From Carpediemonas membranifera BICM (lineage: Eukaryota > Protista > Fornicata), in assembly GCA_019828565.1 (NCBI GenBank), contig JAHDYR010000015.1, positions 237,926 through 301,925 of the forward strand: a DNA stretch of 64,000 nt. Reading direction: 5' to 3'. Positions within the stretch are counted from its first letter, which is position 1, and each line of letters opens with the position of its first letter. The notes beneath the pieces are model-generated. The model was not told the origin of the DNA, made no database searches, and saw only the letters and a program-made list of their open reading frames with translations. The position numbers and the translations under genes were made by a program. Below, piece after piece: positions 1-9,059 of the stretch.

Positions 1-279
1 AGGACGAAGGGCAAGAAGGACTACTGTCCCGCGTGCTATATTACCGGCTCTAGCAACAAGTGCCAGGCGTGCAAAAAGGGCCTAAGATCCAAGAACACGA
101 AGAAAGCAGAAGAACAGGCTTCTACTCTTCTTTGCTGCCGAGGCTGTCACTGGTGGTACTGTGAGCATTGCTCTGAGGAAGTGCAGTACACCATTGATGG
201 CAAGTTGTACATCGTTCCCCTCTGCAGCAAATGTAAGGTTGTCTATAAGCGAGTAGAGGGCATGAGACCGATTGTTTAG
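1..279 (+). CDS. 3' end of a Cys-rich ADD/PHD-type zinc-finger protein (runs off window)
   Basis: Frame 1 is open from base 1 to TAG at 277-279 and reads CPAC..CQAC..LLCCRGCHWWYCEHC..LCSKC. PHD spacing with Cys at the usual His position, as in ATRX/DNMT3 ADD domains. Confidence 0.6.
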   Translation, partial: RTKGKKDYCPACYITGSSNKCQACKKGLRSKNTKKAEEQASTLLCCRGCHWWYCEHCSEEVQYTIDGKLYIVPLCSKCKVVYKRVEGMRPIV

Positions 280-322
280 TGTTTAGTGAGAGATGATCAT
301 AAATTGTATATATATCTGTTTA

Positions 323-613
323 CTACACGTCTCTCTCAAGCGCACGGGTCATCATGCTTATGTATCGATCATTCATAAGTCTTCTCTGGTCGGTTCTTAA
401 CGGGTCATACTCGTTGACATCAGAAACGATGTCTTGCATTTCAGGAAGAGGAATGGGCCGGGCATAGCTAGTCTCAGACATGATGACCCTGGCCTCGTTG
501 GGAAATGACAAGGAACCATTGGCTATAATCCGTCTTCCTGCTGAGCCAGGCGCGAAACGATAGCCAGAGAAGTACTTCGTCAGAAAGAAAAGAGGATTGT
601 CGAGGCATGTCAC
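323..613 (-). CDS. Hypothetical protein (5' end uncertain)
   Basis: ORF convergent with the zinc-finger gene; no recognisable motif. Confidence 0.3.
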   Translation of the reverse strand: MTCLDNPLFFLTKYFSGYRFAPGSAGRRIIANGSLSFPNEARVIMSETSYARPIPLPEMQDIVSDVNEYDPLRTDQRRLMNDRYISMMTRALERDV

Positions 614-797
614 GCGGTAGAGCCAATAGGCGTCCTGGAGAACAAGCTCATGCGCCAGAACCTTCTCAGGAGTGAGGAGAGTGAGGAGAGAACCGGTAGG
701 TAAGAGAAGGACTCAAAATCCACCCAACAAGACTTTTGAGTCATCTGCTTCTCCGCAGGATCAACGTCCTGCGGAAACGACTGTAACGGCAGCATCA

Positions 798-925
798 CCT
801 CCTCCTCCGCCTCCCGAGTCGCCCGAGGATGGTAAGGAGCAAGATTCTCCTCCTCCTCCGCCTCCCGAGTCGCCCGAGGATGGTAAGGAGCAAGATTCTC
901 CTCCTCCTCCGCCTCCCGAGTCGCC
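798..925 (+). repeat. 51-bp tandem repeat, 2.5 copies (PPPPPPESPEDGKEQDS)
   Basis: Units start at 798, 849 and 900. Confidence 0.95.
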
Positions 926-997
926 TTCCCATTCATCCAGCTCGTCTGAAGCCGAGGAGGACTCCGTCGAGGGGTCCGTCATGCACGTCCACCCTAG

Positions 998-1667
998 GTG
1001 GACGCATGTTACCCGGGTTCAGACCTGCAGGACGTCAAGCGGCTGATTTCGGATGAGATAAGCCTTCAGGCCATTCCTGCTCCGGCCTGGATCTCATCCG
1101 AGACCCGTTGCGACCCCCGTCTGACCCAGGAGCCCGACCATCCGGCCCTCAATCGGACGCAGAGCGTCGGCCGAGGCATGATTGCCACTGAGGATATCTC
1201 AGCTGGCACATGTCTCGGCATATACCCTCGGGAAGCTGATTCCCGATGCTGAGACGGCCAGCAACAACGGCCAGATGGTGTTTGTTTCGCATATTCCATC
1301 ACCATTACACAGCATGTCATTCGCTGACAGTCAGGTCGCCGTCGATGCCATGTCGGCCGCAGCGGGTGTCCACCTGATTAACCACAGCCCTGACGATGTC
1401 AACTGTGAGTTCGTGGACGTCTTGGTGGATGGCCTGCCAGTGATATCGGTCAGGGCCACTGCCAACATCGTTCGCGGCGAGTTCTTGCGCATCGATTATG
1501 GCGAGACCTACTTTGAGGCCGATGAAGAGGAGCACCCGGTTGCTCGCTTCAAGAGTCTCGCCATAGATGACCCTCACTACCTCGCTCGAAAGGTGGAGCA
1601 GTTCAAAAATACTGCAGGTCAAGCCGCAGCCCCGCAAGCGGAAGACCAAGTCCAACCCCGCCCGTAA
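998..1667 (+). CDS. SET-domain lysine methyltransferase, split by a 1-nt frameshift near 1225
   Basis: GRGMIATEDISAGTCLGIY in one frame and INHSPDDVNC..VRATANIVRGEFLRIDYGETYF in the next. Removing one C from TACCCTC joins them. The Pro/acidic ORF 672-1046 may be the N-terminus. Confidence 0.85.
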
Positions 1668-1740
1668 GCGCTTCCACACTGCGCGCATGACTCAAGGCAA
1701 GAGTGAATAAACTTGAAGAGATATCAATTCAATCAATCAT

Positions 1741-2637
1741 TTATGAGCGGGTGACATCCTCCGGACGAGTAGCACGCTTCTCGGGCTCTGCGGCAGCTGC
1801 CTTGCGCTTGCGGTCCGGAAGACTGTAGACACAGGCATGACGATTCTCGATGACGATGAACTGAGTGAGCTTCATGCTCTCACAAAGACCTAAGATCTTG
1901 TCCAGCGTCGCATCCTGGATGGGCAAGAACTCTGAATCTTCCCAACCTTTGTGGACCCAGAGGCAGGTAAGGTCCTCGTCGATCTGGGTGATGATTACCG
2001 GAGTGTGACTCAGCTCTACACTGGCCTGGATGGCCTCATGGTCTGCCCAGGGGAAAGGGGAGCCAGGCATCTCAGAGAACGGGTCGCCCTCGAACCCCTT
2101 GCCCTCACAGAAGGATCGGATGTCCTCGTACAGCTGAAGCTTCTCACCAACAGTAGGCTGGGACCCAGTCCTGATGAGATGCATGGCGCTGAGAATGCAT
2201 GAGCCATCCCCAGGCACCTCAGACCGCTTCAGAGAGCTTGTATCGTTCTTAAACTTCTTAGCGGTCTTCTCCATGATGGTCTGGACGTCATCTTTGGGGT
2301 CTGCGGCCACCAAAGCCTCCCGATCCAGGTCTATGACCTCAGCCTCCTTCTTCAAGGGCACAAGCTTCTCCGTCTCGAGCTTTTCAATCTTGGCCCGGGC
2401 TCGCCAAAGCTCCCTCTTCAAATCACGGATCGCACCGTTGTGTTCCACGGCAAGATGGCGGCGCAGGAGGCGCGATGTGCCACTCAGGGTACTTCTGTGG
2501 ACGGGAGAGTCCATCAGAAGCGCGTCCAGGTGCCTTATCCGGTCGAACTGCACGTCGACCGGGTCCGACAGCTCAGGCTCGGCGTTGTTCTTGAACGAAC
2601 GGACGACCCCCGACCTTCCTGGCTTCACCTTGCGCAT
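1741..2637 (-). CDS. OTU-family cysteine protease (deubiquitinase-like) with an N-terminal coiled coil
   Basis: EVPGDGSCILSAM (catalytic D-x-x-C), WADHEAIQA, and ENRHA (catalytic His). Confidence 0.8.
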   Translation of the reverse strand: MRKVKPGRSGVVRSFKNNAEPELSDPVDVQFDRIRHLDALLMDSPVHRSTLSGTSRLLRRHLAVEHNGAIRDLKRELWRARAKIEKLETEKLVPLKKEAEVIDLDREALVAADPKDDVQTIMEKTAKKFKNDTSSLKRSEVPGDGSCILSAMHLIRTGSQPTVGEKLQLYEDIRSFCEGKGFEGDPFSEMPGSPFPWADHEAIQASVELSHTPVIITQIDEDLTCLWVHKGWEDSEFLPIQDATLDKILGLCESMKLTQFIVIENRHACVYSLPDRKRKAAAAEPEKRATRPEDVTRS

Positions 2638-2678
2638 TATGCGCTCACGGAGCAGCGAAAGGACTGAATAAGCAGGAG

Positions 2679-3114
2679 TTATTTGGAGTACTTACCTCCA
2701 ACGTCGTGCTCGTGATCCGAAGACACTTCTCGGCGGACCTTCTGGACAAGGCTGTCGTAGGCATGATCTCCCATGACCTTCTTCAGCTCAGCCGATGTCG
2801 TGATCAGCTCAAGCTGAGCCTCGGCAGTTTCTCTTAGGTGCAGGATAAGGTGAGGCGACCTGAAGAGCTTGCGAAGCGTTTTCCAGCCAATATCTGTGTA
2901 AAAAGGTATGGGGAAAGTACTTACGATCACGAAGAAGGGCGGTGAGGATCTTGTCATCGGGCAGAAGGAACTTACGAAGAAGTGAGCACTTGATCATCTC
3001 CTGCGCGTTTGATGAGGCCTGACTGATCTCAGCGCTGTCATAGAAGATAAAGAACTGCTTACCAAACGTTTTCGAACGCTTCAAGAGCATGTAGAAGTCG
3101 AAAACCGATTGCAT
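2679..3114 (-). CDS. Hypothetical protein, probably frameshifted
   Basis: Two overlapping ORFs (2809-3114 and 2679-2957), co-oriented with the OTU gene. Confidence 0.35.
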
Positions 3115-3118
3115 GATT

Positions 3119-3288
3119 ATAAGGCTCTCAGGACCTAATGAAAAAATTCATAAGGCTCTGAGAGCCTAATAAACCATGCGGAAAAATGACCAGTATCGGT
3201 AGGCAACGGCGCGCGGGAGATTCATTAGGCTCTGAGAGCCTTATACACGATTTCGAATTGGTGTATAAGGCTCTGAGAGCCTTATGAA
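3119..3288. repeat. Four copies of the 21-bp palindrome ATAAGGCTCT-G-AGAGCCTTAT
   Basis: Copies at 3119 (degenerate), 3150, 3224 and 3265 (perfect). Confidence 0.9.
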
Positions 3289-3815
3289 CTCAGAGGAGGT
3301 CCTCGGGGCACTTCGGTGCAGAATTTTGATTGGGCATCTGATTGGACCATGGGGCGGATGCTCAGAGGGATGAATGCGAGCTCAATGGAGACCATTGGAC
3401 ATGTCAGAGATGGCATGTCCAGGTGAAGGTCCATCATGGAAGGAGCCATTCACGATAAGTCTTCTAAATGTTGTGTTGCGAGCGTCTGAAGGGCTTTCTC
3501 TGGATACCGACCAAGATGGAGGTCACGTGGATCAACGGACGATAATTGCGGTATTCTGGCCTTGTATGCCACTCTTAAATCCATTGTTTGATCCATTCCC
3601 GCGTTTATAGTTCATCTCAACGCTTCCTCGACGAGTTACAATTGTTGATGTTGTTTAGGTTCTATTACAGGCCATTCGAGGCCACAGAGCTCTCATGATG
3701 TTGTTTTTAGTGATATACACATGCTTGCCAGCGTTTGAGGATCGATACTCTTCTCCTTTCTTCGTTTGGTTTTCTAATTTCGTTGCGAGCATAAAGTGCA
3801 CCTTGAAGAAACGTT

Positions 3816-4502
3816 ATGCCTCCGAAACGGAGTAATACTGCTAAGAGCAAGGGCAGAAAGCGTCTAAACGCTGTGGAAATGATTTCTACTTACTTAGAGA
3901 AGGAGCACGCTGCTGGAAGCATCTCCGCTGCCGATGTCGCCACCGGAAACCGCATTTGCAATGAGGTGGTTGACAGACGCCCCAATGACCTCCCCACATT
4001 CGTTCCGGAGGATCTTAGGGATGAAGCGGAGTTCCGTACTCTCGACAGCATCGAGAAGATCATGGCGCAGTTCAAAGGCGAGTCTTCTGAGGCCAAGGAG
4101 AAGCGCTTCAGGGCCCTCATCAGCCTGGACGCCGAAGGAGATGAGGTCGACCATGGCAGCCCTCTCTTGGCAACTGTCCGTGAGTACCGCGAGCTGTTCC
4201 ACGGCATCCCTCAGTCGGTCCGCCCCCGCGCTTACGCCTTCGTCGCCCAGAGGCTTGGTATCTCTGTCGACAAGGTCAGAGAGGTCCTTCTGGAGAGTGT
4301 GTGCCGCAAGGACTCTAAGCTCATCTTCGAGCGTCCGCAGCTTGTCCTCAAGAAGCACTCGAAGACCTTCAAGGACCTCGCCGCTGTGATTGAGAAGAGG
4401 AACGCTGCCCGTGCCGCTGCAGAGGCTCGTGATGTTCTGCGTATACCCGTTTACGCGAGCCTCCTGCTCTTCCACGCAGCTAACGTCAACTCAAATGAGT
4501 AA
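3816..4502 (+). CDS. Hypothetical helical protein with a basic NLS-like N-terminus
   Basis: 228 aa, MPPKRSNTAKSKGRKR start, host-like codon usage, AATAAA at the stop. Confidence 0.65.
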   Translation: MPPKRSNTAKSKGRKRLNAVEMISTYLEKEHAAGSISAADVATGNRICNEVVDRRPNDLPTFVPEDLRDEAEFRTLDSIEKIMAQFKGESSEAKEKRFRALISLDAEGDEVDHGSPLLATVREYRELFHGIPQSVRPRAYAFVAQRLGISVDKVREVLLESVCRKDSKLIFERPQLVLKKHSKTFKDLAAVIEKRNAARAAAEARDVLRIPVYASLLLFHAANVNSNE

Positions 4503-4522
4503 TAAATCGACTGCTTCTTCAT

Positions 4523-5483
4523 TTAATCTTCATTCTCTTCCTCATCTTCCTTCTCAGACAGCAGATGGTACCACTCTTCCTCGAAATAGTTCTCTTTCTG
4601 GTAATCCTTACGCATCTTTGATCTCTTATCCACGATCTTTTGGACCAAATCCCTTCGGTTGCTGTCGTAAAGGGCGATGATTATCTCACGTTGCTTCTTG
4701 CGCGTCGGGTGCGGGGTAACACTCTTCCTCAGACGCTTAATGTAGCGGTTGAGCTTGTCCGAGGGCTTGGTGGGCAGGGGTGGGTTGGGTGGCTTGGGTT
4801 CTCTTTGGGGGAGGCTGGACCTGGTCCACAGAAGTGAAAAGCCGTACCGTAGTCGACGGACGGGGGAGCCCTCCAGGACTTCATGGCATATCCATGGCAA
4901 GCAACGAGACTCTCACCGAGCTTCGTCCACTTGTTCGGGCCGTATGTTGCCTCCATGGTCACCAGTTTCGCATCATCCAGGTACTCCATCGTGGACTTTT
5001 GCTTGGAGATGGACATCCCCATACGCTGGTAGGCTGGCACAAGAGAACTTACACACTGCAGGCGGATCCTCTGTCCGGCAGAGGCAACCGAAAAGAAGAA
5101 TCGTGGCGAGACCATTGCCCCTGGCATAGAATGCCGTGCGAATAACCACAACATATAAGTCCTGGCGCAGCTCGGAAGGGGTTTCATCAGTAGCTTCGGT
5201 GTTGTATGACTCCTTCGTGAGCAACAAGGCCGAAATGATGGAATCAGTCTTGCAGTCACGAATCGCAACCAATCTGGGTAAATACCTGGGCAACACTGGG
5301 TGAACAAACATGAAGAAGCGATGATCGATGTCATCAACTCCTCTCGTGGCAACGTCCTGCTTAAAAAAACGTACGGACACTGGGGATGATGTCTGACTTA
5401 TCAGAAAGTCTTACGTACTGTATATAAGCCTTATGGGCTGCAAGAGTATCCTCTGTCCAAGATTCTTTCCCCGTTTGGTTCAT
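4523..5483 (-). CDS. GNAT acetyltransferase, GCN5-like, with about 3 frameshifts
   Basis: ATG 5483, then a T7-run shift, FVHPVLPRYLPRLV (cf. GCN5 LPxMPxEYIxRLV), acetyl-CoA motif YVVVIRTAFYARGNGLATILL, and LVPAYQRMG in the next frame. Confidence 0.6.
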
Positions 5484-5519
5484 TTTCACAAACTTTTGTG
5501 AAACCTGCGAAATGTGAAA
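5484..5519. repeat. Left arm of a 36-bp inverted repeat
   Basis: Its reverse complement matches 8185-8220 at 33/36. Contains the dyad TTTCACAA-N4-TTGTGAAA. Confidence 0.9.
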
Positions 5520-5609
5520 TGTGCCATTCATGAAAAAAAGTGGCACATATGAAAAATGAATGAATTTATCACGGAACCATCTTACATCACTTTATATCAC
5601 GCGGATGCC

Positions 5610-8159
5610 TCAATTCTGTCTGCTACACTCTCCACACAGGCAGCAAACTAACTCTATGCCATGGTCCGCCAGACTGCATGACATCGTGCCCTCCTCACCA
5701 CACGTCAGCGTCGTATGCTCTTCTACAAACTCCCACACTTCATCAACAGTCTCCTGAAAGGTCTGGATCATCTCACGAGTTGGCTCGAAGGTCACGGTGG
5801 TCAGTGTGCGGACACCAAACCAATGCTTCGCATCCTTACAGCAGTCGTGAACTCGCACACACTTGAGTCGCTGGAGCTGGGGGACAGAGTAGTCCTGCCG
5901 ACCAAAAGAACGCATGCCCGTCAGGAAGGAACACGCGAGAGTTGTCTGCTCGATCAAGCAAATGCCCTCAAGGACTGCCTTCCTGTGCAACTTGGCTGCT
6001 ACCTCCTGGTTCTTGATGAACTCTCGCTCAAAGTACTCCTCTAGGATATAGAACAGCGGCACCTTGAGATGCTTGTGGCACAGGGGCTGCGTCGTGAGTC
6101 TGCTGATGCTGTAGAGGTTCTCAGCGCACGGTTTCTCCTTCGTCTTCGCTTCGCTGCTTGATAGCAGGGATATGGAAGTCTTATCCTTGTTAGGAATGAA
6201 CGCAATCGTGACGTGAATGAGGTGGGCCACTGCGGCAGCCATGAAGTGAAACGCGACAGCCGCGTCAGTCACAGGTTCGGACGAGTAGTACATGGCCTGG
6301 AGGTAGCCAATGAGCCGAATGATATCTTGAATGCACTCAGGGAGAGCAACGTAGTCCTCTTGGTCGTGGCAGCCATCCTTACACGTGCGGACGACTGCTC
6401 GTTACAACCTACGGTCCTATCGATGCTTCGCATGGACGACATACGGCCAAGCTTGAGGTTGAGGAGCTTATTCTGGATGATCTCCTCGCGGGACCCGCGG
6501 GTGGTGGGATGCTTCTTGAAAGAACCACAGATATGGGCAACCTGCTCGAGTAAACGGTGCGAGTCGTGCATGAATGGAGGGCATATGACGATCTTCTCAA
6601 GAGGGATGACACTACAATTCTCGAATACCATGCGTTCATTGGTGAAATCGCCATAGATTGCAAGTACATCTTGAACTCGGTTCGGGTCGTCGACTTCAGC
6701 CTGGTATGCTGTCTTATCGTCCAGGTTGTCCTTGATGGTGAGACGATGGCGGCCTGCTATCGGGTGGAGCGCCTTACTTTTGTGGTAAATCGTGTTGCAA
6801 GGGTGTGGATAGTTGGGCCGGCCCGACTTTCTGGACAGCATGTGGCGGAGGGCGGCATGATCGCCCATGACGATGACATGGTCGAAGATCGTGACCTCAC
6901 CAGTGTCTCTGATGGGTATCTGACTCGTGTATTGGCGCTCAATCTCCTTCTCGACGCGAGAAAGAGACTCTTCCATCAACAAATCACCCTCGCTACCCAT
7001 ATACTCGACTATACGGAAAGGTGGAGTAATCTTGTTGGGGAATGTGAAGCCTGTGGGGTCGTAGATGCGGAGCTTGAAGGCAGCAGAACCCCCTTTCCAC
7101 CCGTCAAGCCATAGTAGGATCTTCATGGGGCTAAACGTGACTCCAACCCTGTTGCCAAGGGCGTTCTTGCATCGAACGTAGTTGGGCTGGTCCGACTCGA
7201 GCCATTCCGGGTGGCGAACAGCTTGCTTGAGGTAACGAACGGCATCAAACCAGACTCGATCAACCTTGTCCCATGTGGAGCTGTTGAGCCGCTTGCCGAG
7301 GGTGACTCCCTGGGTCTGCTTGAGCTCAGGGCGATGACTTGTGGCCTCATCGCTCGTCTCGTAGTGAAGATCAAGCATTGGCTTCACCCACTTGAAGTCA
7401 ATGACGTTCTCCGCGTCCGTCAGGGGCTGGATATCGACACCCTCGTCCACCGTTAGGCGATTGGTGCACTCGAGTCTCGACTTTGTGCCATTTCTGCCCC
7501 ACCGCCAGGTCGTGTTGACTGTGACAGACTCCACAGGGACGAGATGACCCAAGAAAGCAACCTCTGGTCTAGTCAGCGCTGCAACCAGGCCGTTGATCTT
7601 GGTGATATTGACCTGCAACTGCTTCACGAAGATATCAGCAGCCTTGCTGGAGATGATTGGCATATGAAGTCGCGCAGAAAGACTACGGATGAGCTTAAAG
7701 AGCTCATGGGTTGCGTTACAACCCGACTTGATGTACATCAGGATAGAAACAAGCTCCAAAAATCTGCTTGTAGTTGTCAGTTTCCTCAGTTGAGACCTCG
7801 TGCTGTCTCCGCAAGCGTTCGTGGGTGACAGCAATACGCGCGTGGTCACGTACGAAGACATCGAAGGTCGGGGCGACTCCTCTATGGGAACGTACTGCAC
7901 GCAAGAAGGGTCGAGAGTCGTGCGGGTCGGCGAAAAATCTCGGATCGACCTCCATGTCCGCAAATAGGCCCTGGTTAGCCATTTCCAAGATGAGTTCACG
8001 GAATTCTCGGCGCTGGCGGCCTCGATCCTGTGTATTTCCGCCAATACCAACAAGGGAGAGGTATGTATGAGCGAGAATGTAGTTCATACGCTCTGCAGTC
8101 CTTGGAGGGCCAGTATTGTCGTAGACAGTGCCAATGAAGGTCTGTATGACAATGTGCAT
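5610..8159 (-). CDS. RAG1/Transib/Chapaev(CMC)-like DDE transposase, in three frames
   Basis: KILLWLDG (D1), IVMGDHAALRHMLSRKSGRPNYPHPC (D2 plus Cys motif), CPPFMHD (PPxLH), candidate E in ILEEYFERE, Cys-rich tail. ORFs 7716-8159, 6269-8053, 5610-6293. Confidence 0.7.
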
Positions 8160-8184
8160 GCTCAGGAATTTTTGCTGAAGTCAC

Positions 8185-8220
8185 TTTCACATTTCACAAG
8201 TTTCACAAGAGTTTGTGAAA
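8185..8220. repeat. Right arm of the 36-bp inverted repeat
   Basis: TTTCACATTTCACAAGTTTCACAAGAGTTTGTGAAA. Confidence 0.9.
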
Positions 8221-8675
8221 GATTTTTGGTTTGGGGCTTCCGCTGCTCTGTTTCCTCCAAAAAGTTGTGAGCAGCAACTACACTGAGTTTTATACGTATT
8301 CTATGCTTCTCATACCCATTGATGCGTTATTGCGCAATTCTGCTTTGCCCTCAAAGGAAAAGTGAATTTGAATTTCCCCCTGAATCTTGCAAGATACTGC
8401 GGAAGTAACGGTAAGAAAAAATGAAACTCGCCAACGAAAGCAGCTGGAAGAAAATGGTAAAAAGTATTGGAACTAGGACAATATGGTGTACACTCTGAGC
8501 AACTTCATTTCTTTCTGGCGTTCACCTGTGTCACGAGCTCTTTGGGCACTGTTTCGGGCGTTAGGACAAACCAAGGGTTCCATGATCCTTTGTTGATCTA
8601 GTTACACCTCTGTTGTTAGCACAATCTTCCAAGACCATCTCATCGTTGATAAAATTTTGCAGATTTTTCGAATGC

Positions 8676-8782
8676 GAGAAAATGAAGACTTCCCCACAGA
8701 ACCTGAGTATGTACGGATAGTACTTGACCCCCATGGATTATCCCCCCATGTTTGGTTTTTGTGGGGAAGTCTTCATTTTCTC
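8676..8782. repeat. Perfect 23-bp inverted repeat with a 61-bp spacer
   Basis: GAGAAAATGAAGACTTCCCCACA at 8676-8698 and its reverse complement at 8760-8782. Confidence 0.9.
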
Positions 8783-9059
8783 AATCTCTTGATTCAATCA
8801 TTAATTCATACGGAAGTAGAAGATACTGGAGGCTGAAAACTTCAGAGGGCATTGCTATTAGCTATAAAACACCGCTGTTAAGATCCCATGTTCGAACGAG
8901 CACTTCACATTTACAACATAAAATGCGTTATCCTCTTTTATCAACACTGACACCATGTGATACTTCAAGACGCCAGACATGTCTTTTATGCTTCTATAAC
9001 TACCTTCTAGATGTTCTGGAGGTGCCTGAGATCGCCTGGATCGCGAGGTTTGACCAGCG

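Noticed and set aside
3119-3288. CRISPR array
   Set aside because: Spacers are 10, 53 and 20 bp and partly inverted; no cas genes; eukaryotic context.
998-8159. Programmed frameshifting or RNA editing explaining the split ORFs
   Set aside because: The shifts I could localise fall in homopolymers with no consistent slippery site; sequencing error or decay is simpler.
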